Of a DNA stretch of 38,034 nucleotides, positions 25,901-33,110 are shown in pieces. Position numbers and translations under genes: made by a program. This stretch comes from a virus: positions 1 through 38,034 of IMG/VR virus record IMGVR_UViG_3300023099_000006. One strand, 5' to 3'. Each line of letters opens with the position of its first letter. The first letter of the stretch is position 1. A model generated the notes under the pieces. The model did not search any database and had not been told where the DNA came from. It saw only the letters and a program-made list of their open reading frames with translations.

Positions 25901-26334
25901 ATACTGCGCAAATAATACAATTCATAGTTGGTATAGCGGCATCTGGAGGACTTGGTGCTGTTATTGTAGCTGTTTCAAATAGAGGCAAGAACCAGGCGGA
26001 AACAGAACAGATAGCAACTAATGTTTACAAGGGACTTAACTCTGATCTTCTTCAGCAACTAAAAGACACTCGCGCAGAAGCTTTTCAACTTAGGTTAGAT
26101 ATCAAAACTCTCAATGAACGGCTATCTAAGATGGAGGAACTCGACGAAGAAAAGGATCGTGAGCTTAAGTCTAAGAATGAGCGTATAATTGAGCTTGAGC
26201 GACGTGTTGATGAGCTTGAAGCGGAACTAGGAAAACACAAAACAACGGACGAAATAATAGATATCGCAAAGGACACTATTCACGGAAAAATTGAAGAAGC
26301 TGCCCAGAAATTAAAAATAGATATAAAAAACTAA
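25897..26334 (+). CDS. N-terminally anchored coiled-coil protein (145 aa), i-spanin-like or holin-associated
   Basis: TM segment IIQFIVGIAASGGLGAVIVAV followed by a charged heptad-like helix. Immediately upstream of the endolysin. Confidence 0.35.
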   Translation: MNTAQIIQFIVGIAASGGLGAVIVAVSNRGKNQAETEQIATNVYKGLNSDLLQQLKDTRAEAFQLRLDIKTLNERLSKMEELDEEKDRELKSKNERIIELERRVDELEAELGKHKTTDEIIDIAKDTIHGKIEEAAQKLKIDIKN

Positions 26335-26335
26335 T

Positions 26336-27370
26336 ATGAATGATGAACTAGAATTTACTGGTGCTCTCCTAGACCCTCGTCCTACAGAACAAAAAGAACG
26401 TGACTGGCTCGCCGAAGAAGTTGTTGGTAGTGCCTCCCCTGTTGTATGGGTAGATAAAAAGAAATACAAATACTTCTCAAAGCGTAATCAGTCATCTAGT
26501 GGCTCCTGCGGTTCACAAGCCGTTGCCAAACTCATGACCGTAGAGAACTTCAACGAGGAAGGAATCGTGAAGGATTTCTCCGCAAAGCCCATATACCAAT
26601 CTCGCACTAATAAAGGTGCTGGTATGTTCCAACAGGAGGCTCTACAAGGCGCTGTAAAGCCCTCTACGTGCTTTGAAGGTCAATTACCCTCACAAGGCAT
26701 GAATGAGGCTCAAATGAACGAAAAATACGCGTTTACGGATGAAATGAAAGAAGTCGCTGAAACTTACAAGGCTTCTAAATATGTTCAGATACAGAATTAC
26801 ACAGATATTGATAGAATCGCTTCGGTAACAGAGGATGGTAAAGGTGTCATGCTGATGTTTTATTTCACTTCCGATGAATACTGGCGTGAGATTCCTATCG
26901 TAAGACACGACAATCTCGACCGTTACTCACCTGACACTTCAAGACACTTTGTTGCAGCCGTTGACTACACGATGTACCAAGGAGAAAAGGCACTTATTAT
27001 CGAGGATAGCGCTGGAAACAGTTCTTCAATTAACAAGAAAGGTCAGAGAATTATCACCGAAGAGTTTCTAAAATCTCGTTGTATGGGCGCTGGATATCTG
27101 ATTGACCTGCCTAACAAGCGTGTTCTAAAACCTGAATTTGAATATAAAGGTTTGTTAAAGTTTGGTATGAAAGGCAATCAAATTGAAAGCCTACAGAACG
27201 CATTGAAGTATGAAAAGGTAATGGATTCTAAGATTCCTAGCACTGGTTCTTTCTTGACAATTACTCGACAAGCTGTTAAAGATTTCCAAAAGAAGTATAA
27301 TTTAGTAGCTGATGGCATAGTCGGTAAAATGACAGGTGCCAAGCTTGAAGAACTTTACCCATTAAAATAA
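26336..27370 (+). CDS. Endolysin: N-terminal cysteine-peptidase-like domain plus C-terminal PG_binding_1 domain
   Basis: SSSGSCGSQAVAKLM (catalytic Cys context) and RHFVAAVDY (His). C-terminus GNQIESLQNALKY...TRQAVKDFQKKYNLVADGIVGKMT matches the peptidoglycan-binding repeat. Confidence 0.75.
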   Translation: MNDELEFTGALLDPRPTEQKERDWLAEEVVGSASPVVWVDKKKYKYFSKRNQSSSGSCGSQAVAKLMTVENFNEEGIVKDFSAKPIYQSRTNKGAGMFQQEALQGAVKPSTCFEGQLPSQGMNEAQMNEKYAFTDEMKEVAETYKASKYVQIQNYTDIDRIASVTEDGKGVMLMFYFTSDEYWREIPIVRHDNLDRYSPDTSRHFVAAVDYTMYQGEKALIIEDSAGNSSSINKKGQRIITEEFLKSRCMGAGYLIDLPNKRVLKPEFEYKGLLKFGMKGNQIESLQNALKYEKVMDSKIPSTGSFLTITRQAVKDFQKKYNLVADGIVGKMTGAKLEELYPLK

Positions 27371-27378
27371 TTAATTAA

Positions 27379-27675
27379 ATGAAAAAACTCTTACAAATAT
27401 TTCAAAGTGCACGATTTATCCAGCTTGTAATCGTAGCTATCCTACAATCACTTGTTTTATTCAACGTATTGACTACAGAACAGAGCGTTGGACTTGTGAA
27501 CATCATCTCTGCATTATTCGGAGCTAGTGTAGTTATCGGCACGGTTGATAAAAACACTGGTGAAGCACGCATTGAATCTGCTAAACTATCAACAGGTACC
27601 ACTACTGTAACTATTCCTGATAACGTTTCAGAAGTAACAGCAAGTACTAAAGTTACTAAGAAAGTTAAAAAATAA
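27379..27675 (+). CDS. Membrane protein, holin candidate (98 aa)
   Basis: Two hydrophobic segments (FIQLVIVAILQSLVLFNVL and LVNIISALFGASVVIG) and a basic C-terminus. Confidence 0.4.
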   Translation: MKKLLQIFQSARFIQLVIVAILQSLVLFNVLTTEQSVGLVNIISALFGASVVIGTVDKNTGEARIESAKLSTGTTTVTIPDNVSEVTASTKVTKKVKK

Positions 27676-27681
27676 ATTTAT

Positions 27682-27846
27682 ATGAGTACACTTATCGCTC
27701 TCCTTATTCTCGCAGTAATCGTATGGTTTTGTTTCTACATCATCGACGCGATTCCTGTCCCAACCCCTTTCAATTGGGTAATCAAAGCTATCATCGGTAT
27801 TCTTGCTATTGCAAAACTACTTTCTCTTGCAGGTCTAGGATTTTAG
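27682..27846 (+). CDS. Small two-TM membrane protein (54 aa)
   Basis: Hand-translated MSTLIALLILAVIVWFCFYIIDAIPVPTPFNWVIKAIIGILAIAKLLSLAGLGF. Last gene before the terminator. Confidence 0.45.
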   Translation: MSTLIALLILAVIVWFCFYIIDAIPVPTPFNWVIKAIIGILAIAKLLSLAGLGF

Positions 27847-27887
27847 TTTATACTGTATTTACGTCGGCTTCGGTTGACGGACATGAG

Positions 27888-27916
27888 GAACGCTTTAGGG
27901 CGTTCTTTTTGTTTTT
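27888..27916 (+). terminator. Rho-independent terminator ending the late/lysis operon
   Basis: GAACGC-TTTAGG-GCGTTC followed by TTTTTGTTTTT. Confidence 0.8.
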
Positions 27917-28059
27917 CACACTGTTGACATTTATTGAAAGGTGGTACAATTAAGGAACAACTAGCGGAGTTGGTAGCACTGTTGGTGATGTTGTTTGTAC
28001 TTTCTCAAATGAGCATAGATTTTTTTGACTATTGATTATTACATTCTCCTACCCAAGCA

Positions 28060-28090
28060 AAAACCCCACTTCATAGATAGGTGGGGTTTT
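28060..28090. terminator. Hairpin AAAACCCCAC / GTGGGGTTTT (11-nt loop), possibly a bidirectional terminator
   Basis: 10-bp stem flanked by A-run and T-run, within the 370-bp non-coding spacer. Confidence 0.55.
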
Positions 28091-28189
28091 CTTGTAATTG
28101 CTTGTGAAAGTTCTTCTCCGATACTTCAAACGGTTCCCCTGCATTAAGCAGGACCTATACTTTATAAGACTGATTATACACAAAACTAT

Positions 28190-28205
28190 TACATTTGTAA
28201 ATGTA
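28190..28205. promoter_or_regulatory. Inverted repeat TACATTT-GT-AAATGTA just upstream of the first early ORF (operator candidate)
   Basis: 7-bp arms with a 2-nt spacer. Ends 15 nt before ATG 28221. Confidence 0.35.
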
Positions 28206-28220
28206 TAGTATACTTATTAC

Positions 28221-28388
28221 ATGAAAATTAAGTGTCGTGACTGTGAAACTATATTGGACAGAAATAAGAACAGGTTCGCTGTGTGCTTGTGGTGTCAAAA
28301 AGAAAACCAGAGAAATTACATGATAAAAAACAAATCAAAAACCTATGTTGATAAAACAATCGAAAAAACCGATAGCAAAGAAAAGTAA
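28221..28388 (+). CDS. Small zinc-ribbon protein (55 aa)
   Basis: Hand-translated MKIKCRDCETILDRNKNRFAVCLWCQKENQRNY..., with two CxxC pairs. Overlaps the NinG-like ORF start by 44 nt in another frame. Confidence 0.4.
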   Translation: MKIKCRDCETILDRNKNRFAVCLWCQKENQRNYMIKNKSKTYVDKTIEKTDSKEK

Positions 28389-28749
28389 AACACCTATATC
28401 AAAAATCCAAAGACAGATTTGGGACGAATGTAAACGTATCATAAGAGCGAAGTATGGAAACACTTGTTATACCTGCGGAAAGACTGGCTTAGAAGGTTCT
28501 GGCTGGCATACGGGGCATTTTATACCTAAAGGAGCATGTGGAGCTTTTCTTAAATATGATTTTAGAAACCTGCGCCCTCAGTGTTATTTTTGTAATATAA
28601 ATATGGGTGGTAACGGTACTGCTTTTTATAGAAACATGGTTGAGCGTGAAGGCCAAGAATATGTAGACAAGTTATTCCAGGATAAAAATATCACTCTAAA
28701 AGCTTACGACCATTATTTGAAGATATTAGAAGAATATAAATTACTATAA
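28345..28749 (+). CDS. ninG: NinG-like recombination protein
   Basis: CYTCGKTG...WHTGHFIPKG...NLRPQCYFCNINMGGN matches the lambda NinG family pattern. Confidence 0.6.
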   Translation: MLIKQSKKPIAKKSKTPISKIQRQIWDECKRIIRAKYGNTCYTCGKTGLEGSGWHTGHFIPKGACGAFLKYDFRNLRPQCYFCNINMGGNGTAFYRNMVEREGQEYVDKLFQDKNITLKAYDHYLKILEEYKLL

Positions 28750-28898
28750 TGGAACGATTGACTAAACGACAAGGCTATATGAAAGCCACTTATAACTCAA
28801 AGCCATGCGAAACCTGTGGTGAAAAAATGGTTATAACTCAAAGCCAAAAGACTAAGAGGTTTTGTTCAGGTAAATGCCAAAGAGAACATGTTAATTAA
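28749..28898 (+). CDS. Small zinc-ribbon protein (49 aa)
   Basis: ATG overlaps the upstream stop (TAATG). Hand translation gives ...KPCETCGEKM...RFCSGKCQREH. Confidence 0.4.
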   Translation: MERLTKRQGYMKATYNSKPCETCGEKMVITQSQKTKRFCSGKCQREHVN

Positions 28899-29034
28899 AT
28901 GTTCATATTGTCCTGAATACGTTGAACGCAAGAACAATCAAAAGAAAGCAACTTGTTTCTCCTGTAAGATTTATTATCAGAAACTACAGAATGCTAAGAT
29001 GTCGGAACTATATGAAAAAGAAAAAACCAATTAA
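28888..29034 (+). CDS. Small zinc-ribbon protein (48 aa)
   Basis: Hand-translated MLIKCSYCPEYVERKNNQKKATCFSCKIYYQKLQ..., with two CxxC pairs. Preferred over track ORF 28922..29104. Confidence 0.4.
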   Translation: MLIKCSYCPEYVERKNNQKKATCFSCKIYYQKLQNAKMSELYEKEKTN

Positions 29035-29104
29035 GACTACACTCACTGACTTGATGATTGAGATATATGTTAATAAACCTACTGTTGCAAATATAAAAAA
29101 GTAG

Positions 29105-29204
29105 TATAATGTATTTGGGTTAATCACCCGATTAATAGCTTTACGCCCTCTAGCTCCTCCCTACTCGTAAAGCGGGGAGGGACTAAAGGGTACTCAAAAC
29201 AAAT
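29105..29204 (+). promoter_or_regulatory. TATAAT box plus structured leader element, copy A (paralogue of 37625..37713)
   Basis: TATAAT at 29105..29110. Stem GCTTTACG (29138..29145) / CGTAAAGC (29166..29173) with a 20-nt loop. Then a G-rich tract, TAAAGGG and AAAACAAA before the ATG. Confidence 0.55.
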
Positions 29205-29906
29205 ATGGCACAACGAAGAATGTTCAGCAGTCGCATTGCAAACTCGGCTAAGTTTTTGCAAATGCCTACTGAATCACAGTTACTTTACTTTCATTTGAAC
29301 TTACACGCAGACGATGATGGTATAGCGGAAGCTTATCCAATAATGAAACTTCTAGGTATCGCACCAGACGCTTTCAAAGTACTTATAGCAAAAGAATATA
29401 TCCAACAATTAAACGAGGATCAAGTTATCGTTATTTCTGATTGGTTAGAGCACAATATCATAAGAGCAGACAGAAAAATAGATAGTATCTACAAACATTT
29501 ATTACCAGAAAACGTTGTAACTATTGCACCAAAGCCACGTTCTGATGTTAAAGATAATTCAAAAAGACTAAGTGGACCGTCCACGGACGGCATAGGTAAG
29601 GTTAGGTTAGGTAAGGTTAGTAAGAACAGCGAAACAAGTTCGCAAGATTTTGACTGGGATAAATACCTGCAATCGATGTTGGACAGCGAACAGCGTCACA
29701 TCAAGATAATCGGTTTCTATTTCAAAACCCGTGATAAGAAGTTTGATTCTCTTTCAGAAATTCAATCAGCTTTAAAGCGACACGTTAAACCAGCGAAAGA
29801 ATTGGTTGGCTTCCCTAACTCAAAGATCGGTGAAGTGATAAGAAAACTCAATTATGACTTTCCCAAGTTCACTCTTGAAACAGTATTAAAAGAATTGACT
29901 AAATAA
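29205..29906 (+). CDS. Phage replisome organizer / replication initiator-like protein
   Basis: N-terminus RRMFSSRIANSAKFLQMPTESQLLYFHLNLHADDDGIAEAYPIM matches the replisome-organizer N-terminal domain pattern. Confidence 0.65.
   Translation: MAQRRMFSSRIANSAKFLQMPTESQLLYFHLNLHADDDGIAEAYPIMKLLGIAPDAFKVLIAKEYIQQLNEDQVIVISDWLEHNIIRADRKIDSIYKHLLPENVVTIAPKPRSDVKDNSKRLSGPSTDGIGKVRLGKVSKNSETSSQDFDWDKYLQSMLDSEQRHIKIIGFYFKTRDKKFDSLSEIQSALKRHVKPAKELVGFPNSKIGEVIRKLNYDFPKFTLETVLKELTK
29595..29624 (+). repeat. Pentamer array GGTAA GGTTA GGTTA GGTAA GGTTA GTAAG inside the organizer gene
   Basis: Read directly from the sequence. Includes the 11-mer GGTAAGGTTAG twice (29595 and 29610). Encodes the linker GKVRLGKVSK. 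Confidence 0.8.
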
Positions 29907-29907
29907 T

Positions 29908-30243
29908 ATGAACTACTATCAATATATTAAAAGCACTGAATGGAAAGACAAAAAGAAATCGCTTTCAGGTATAGGTGGTAGAAGATGCTGGATTTGTAAC
30001 AAGAAAAAAGTTGAGGCACATCATGCTACATATAAAAGACTAGGAAATGAAAATATACATACCGATTTGTATTTCTTATGTAGGCAACATCACCAGGAAG
30101 TCCACGATTTTTCAAAAACAAATAAACTAAGTATTTATATAGCTACTAAAAAAATAAAACAAAAATACGCTATAAAATGGAACGGTAGAGAAAGATGGAA
30201 CTATTGGAATAAATCTAAGAAGTTAGAAAAAATAGGTTTGTAA
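29908..30243 (+). CDS. HNH/zinc-finger-like protein (111 aa)
   Basis: RRCWICNKKKVEAHHATYKRLGNENIHTDLYFLCRQHHQEVH fits the CxxC...HH...CxxHH pattern of small phage HNH-like proteins. Confidence 0.55.
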   Translation: MNYYQYIKSTEWKDKKKSLSGIGGRRCWICNKKKVEAHHATYKRLGNENIHTDLYFLCRQHHQEVHDFSKTNKLSIYIATKKIKQKYAIKWNGRERWNYWNKSKKLEKIGL

Positions 30244-30256
30244 GTGGGGTAGTACT

Positions 30257-30305
30257 TGGATAAGAAATAACATTGATAATAAAAGATAAAATAGGTTTAT
30301 CCACA
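30257..30305. promoter_or_regulatory. Consensus DnaA-box 9-mer TTATCCACA (30297..30305) with an inverted partial copy TGGATAA (30257..30263), flanking an AT-rich stretch
   Basis: Read directly from the 140-bp gap after the organizer/HNH genes. GATAA occurs three times between the two sites. Confidence 0.35.
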
Positions 30306-30383
30306 AGTAAAAGATATTAACACTTGCACTATTTATCATGCGCATGTACACTATAGGAGTACAAGAATAATCAATAAATATCT

Positions 30384-30620
30384 ATGAAATACGAATTTGA
30401 AAATCATGAACTTGAACAAGCTGAAATAGAAATAGGATATGTACCGTTCACACAATCAGAATACATACAAGCACTTACTAAGTTCTCTCACCCTAGACAC
30501 AAGGAAGCTATGATAATCCGTGCAAGCAAGCACCTTGAGGCACATCCTAGTTACCAGATGACAGAACAACAGGAACAGGGACTTATCAACCATTACACGC
30601 CTAACTATATCAACGAGTAA
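30384..30620 (+). CDS. Hypothetical protein (78 aa)
   Basis: ORF track. Confidence 0.6.
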   Translation: MKYEFENHELEQAEIEIGYVPFTQSEYIQALTKFSHPRHKEAMIIRASKHLEAHPSYQMTEQQEQGLINHYTPNYINE

Positions 30621-30622
30621 TT

Positions 30623-30751
30623 ATGGAAAACCTCTTAGAAAAAATAAAAGAAGGAATGTTGCCTCAAGATTGGGGTCAGAACATAATTGACGCAATCATC
30701 TGGGCAGACAGTGAATTAAAAGAAAAGAAAGTAATAACACCGAATTTATGA
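30623..30751 (+). CDS. Hypothetical small protein (42 aa)
   Basis: Hand-translated MENLLEKIKEGMLPQDWGQNIIDAIIWADSELKEKKVITPNL. ATGA overlap with the next gene. Confidence 0.4.
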   Translation: MENLLEKIKEGMLPQDWGQNIIDAIIWADSELKEKKVITPNL

Positions 30752-31224
30752 AATTAACAGATGAACAAACACTAGCACTTTCAAAACCACTACCTTCATG
30801 GGCAGTTAAGGAACACCCTACAAAAAAGGGAATGTCTGCAATTCACCCAATGGCAATTATCGAACGACTTAATGAAGTCTTCGGAGTAGCTGGCTGGAGT
30901 TTCACGACTGAATTTTTAAGTTGCACTCCTTCAATTCAACAGACACGAAACGGGGACCGTAAAGTTTTCATCGCAACAGTAAAGGGGCGACTTGAAATTG
31001 ATGACTGTGTTATCGAGCAATATGGCGGAAACACCAACGACGACGCTGGTGACACACTCAAGGGTTCTGCAACGGACGCATTGACCAAAATAGCCTCTTA
31101 TTTAGGTATAGGGGCAGAGATATACAAAGGTAAAGGAAACGTGGCTCCTGGGCCAGTTTTGAGCTCTACAGAGGCCATCATGGACGTACCACCAGAAGCA
31201 TTTGATAGATTTAACAGAGGATAA
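30748..31224 (+). CDS. Rad52/Sak-like single-strand annealing protein
   Basis: LSKPLPSWAVKEH...IHPMAIIERLNEVFGVAGWSF and GSATDALTKIASYLGIGAEIY resemble the Rad52/22 family. Confidence 0.6.
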   Translation: MKLTDEQTLALSKPLPSWAVKEHPTKKGMSAIHPMAIIERLNEVFGVAGWSFTTEFLSCTPSIQQTRNGDRKVFIATVKGRLEIDDCVIEQYGGNTNDDAGDTLKGSATDALTKIASYLGIGAEIYKGKGNVAPGPVLSSTEAIMDVPPEAFDRFNRG

Positions 31225-31225
31225 T

Positions 31226-31501
31226 ATGATTATATTCCCAATTACATTACCGTGGCTGCCGACATCAGAAGATAGAGAAAAATGGCTTAAAGAAGATAAA
31301 CAACGTGCAAATGCGCAATATCCTATAGAATTTTCAAAAATGATAGAGGAAAGCAATTTGTCAACAGAATATCTATTAAAACTTGAAGAAACATTCACAA
31401 AAGAACAAAAAGAATTATATTTAAAAGCTAAATTACATGCTCAAAATAGTGTATTCCATAGCGGAAGAACTGAATTTTTAGCAAAAGAGATGAATAAATA
31501 A
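31226..31501 (+). CDS. Hypothetical protein (91 aa from ATG 31226)
   Basis: Track ORF 31202 (TTG start). ATG 31226 is preceded by AGAGGA at good spacing. Confidence 0.6.
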   Translation: MIIFPITLPWLPTSEDREKWLKEDKQRANAQYPIEFSKMIEESNLSTEYLLKLEETFTKEQKELYLKAKLHAQNSVFHSGRTEFLAKEMNK

Positions 31502-31502
31502 T

Positions 31503-31898
31503 ATGGAAAATAACACACAAACAGAAAAAGTATTCGTAAACGGAATGATGATACGAATGCCAAATGATAAAGCACCAGAATTTGTATTATTAGAACAATC
31601 AATTAAGGTAAAAGATTTCTTCGAGTTCTGCAAACAAAATATGGACGAGAAAGGTTGGTTAAACATTACTATTAAGCGTAGCCAGAAAGGAACTATCTAC
31701 AGTGAACTTAATCAATGGAAACCAAAGACTAACCCAGAACAGGCTCAATCTTATAACGATAATAAATACAAGACGTCACCGTCACCAGAGTTTCCTAATG
31801 GAGTAAACGCTTACAATCACCCATTGACTACTGACAAGGAACGAGAGGAAATGGACGCACGGGACGCATTAGAAGGTTTGGATCAAATTCCATTTTAG
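31503..31898 (+). CDS. Putative ssDNA-binding-type protein with an SSB-like C-terminal tip (...LDQIPF)
   Basis: 131 aa, next to the annealase. Disordered acidic C-terminal region ending in IPF, as in the bacterial SSB tail DDDIPF. The N-terminal domain is not a canonical SSB sequence. Confidence 0.4.
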   Translation: MENNTQTEKVFVNGMMIRMPNDKAPEFVLLEQSIKVKDFFEFCKQNMDEKGWLNITIKRSQKGTIYSELNQWKPKTNPEQAQSYNDNKYKTSPSPEFPNGVNAYNHPLTTDKEREEMDARDALEGLDQIPF

Positions 31899-31900
31899 CA

Positions 31901-32254
31901 ATGAGAATCTTACTGCCAGTACAACTTAATCCGATTTCTCGCAGAAAGGACAAGTCCGTAAAACTGAGTCTTGAGACGAGAGAACTTTCACCAACAGAGA
32001 TAATGACTCTTATGGCAATCGAAGGTGAAGAAATGTGGTGCTCCCTGGCGACCACGGAACAAGAATTACCAGAAGCTCCTGAAGAAGCCCCAGAACTTGA
32101 AACCAAGACCCAGGCACAGAGATTGAGAGGAGTATTGTTTATCCTTTACAAGAAAGCGACAGAGAACGGAAGTTTTGTAGGGACATTCGATAATTACTAT
32201 CGCGACAGAATGGAGAAGATTTTAGAATCATTAAAAGCTAAGATTGAAGAATAA
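31901..32254 (+). CDS. Hypothetical protein (117 aa)
   Basis: ORF track. Confidence 0.6.
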   Translation: MRILLPVQLNPISRRKDKSVKLSLETRELSPTEIMTLMAIEGEEMWCSLATTEQELPEAPEEAPELETKTQAQRLRGVLFILYKKATENGSFVGTFDNYYRDRMEKILESLKAKIEE

Positions 32255-32538
32255 TGCAAACAAGACAACAAAAGAAAGTGGCTATCAATCTTGAAAACGT
32301 ACTCAAAGAGTTTGAGGAAGCAAAGCTTGTTAAAAACAAATATAGAACTTTACGAGCAGTTATGAGACGTTCTTACCCTACTTTAGTTGACAGTGTTGAA
32401 CGGGACACGATGATAGCGTTCATGAAAGACCTGATTTATTCTGATAGAAAGCTTAGACAATTAACAGAAGGAAACGAACAAGAATTAAAAGACAAGCTTG
32501 AAATAGAAGCACAAATAGACTTAGGATATGCAAAATAA
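32254..32538 (+). CDS. Hypothetical protein (94 aa)
   Basis: ORF track. TAATG junction. Confidence 0.6.
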   Translation: MQTRQQKKVAINLENVLKEFEEAKLVKNKYRTLRAVMRRSYPTLVDSVERDTMIAFMKDLIYSDRKLRQLTEGNEQELKDKLEIEAQIDLGYAK

Positions 32539-32677
32539 TCAAACTAAAAAGAAAAGATTTTACTATTACGAGGACGCTGACGTATACGAATACATCAACA
32601 AGCAACCGTTTCACCTTAAATCAGACTTCGTGAGAAAGGCTACAAGGGCTTTGATGAAGAAGGAGTTGAAGAAATAA
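32528..32677 (+). CDS. Hypothetical small basic protein (49 aa)
   Basis: Hand-translated MQNNQTKKKRFYYYEDADVYEYINKQPFHLKSDFVRKATRALMKKELKK. Ends 1 nt before the next ATG. Confidence 0.4.
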   Translation: MQNNQTKKKRFYYYEDADVYEYINKQPFHLKSDFVRKATRALMKKELKK

Positions 32678-32678
32678 C

Positions 32679-32906
32679 ATGGATGATTCAGAAATAGAAG
32701 AGTTAGGGATTGAAGTTACCAAGTTTCTGAAAAAGAAGGCTGTAAGGAAGCAATTAGATTTTCATGCTAATCCTAAACAATATGTTATCGGAAAAGAAAC
32801 AGCTCTTGGAAAGGCGCTTAAAGATAATCCTGACGCACAAAAGGAATTTATGGATTTTATTGTTCTAGCCAAGAACGACGGATACGATATTCGAGATCAA
32901 GAATAG
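32679..32906 (+). CDS. Hypothetical protein (75 aa)
   Basis: ORF track. Confidence 0.6.
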   Translation: MDDSEIEELGIEVTKFLKKKAVRKQLDFHANPKQYVIGKETALGKALKDNPDAQKEFMDFIVLAKNDGYDIRDQE

Positions 32907-32983
32907 TTTTCCCCAGTTTTAAAGTTGCAGTCATGGCGTACATAGCGTATAGTTAAAGTGTTACCAATCAATAACAAATAATC

Positions 32984-33109
32984 ATGTATCAAATAGACTA
33001 TTCAAAAAAATACCTTGCTCTCAAGTCAAACTGTGAACGAACGCAAAACGAACTTTCACTGGTCGGTTACGCTCTCACTCTTATCATGGTAGTAGTAGTT
33101 TGCTTCTAA
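32984..33109 (+). CDS. Possible tail-anchored small membrane protein (41 aa)
   Basis: Hand-translated ...LSLVGYALTLIMVVVVCF. Ends 1 nt before the next ATG. Confidence 0.3.
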   Translation: MYQIDYSKKYLALKSNCERTQNELSLVGYALTLIMVVVVCF

Positions 33110-33110
33110 T

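Noticed and set aside
27723-27953. Track ORF 27723..27953 (76 aa)
   Set aside because: It overlaps the better-supported 54-aa membrane ORF (27682..27846) in another frame and runs through the rho-independent terminator at 27888..27916.
28190-28197. Bacteroidota-type -7 promoter element (TAnnTTTG = TACATTTG) at the early region
   Set aside because: It is a single occurrence with no TTTG -33 partner. No similar motif lies upstream of the other operons, whereas sigma70-like hexamers are present elsewhere.
28922-29104. Track ORF 28922..29104 (60 aa, alternative start)
   Set aside because: The overlapping frame 28888..29034 has an ATG coupled to the upstream stop and encodes a clean double-CxxC zinc ribbon like its neighbours.
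29138-29180. A strict H-type pseudoknot formed by the 8-bp stem plus CCTCCC/GGGAGG in leader copy A
   Set aside because: Only 1 nt would connect the second strand of stem 1 to the second strand of stem 2. That is too short to cross an 8-bp helix. The pairings are reported only as alternative or partial interactions that need folding and probing.
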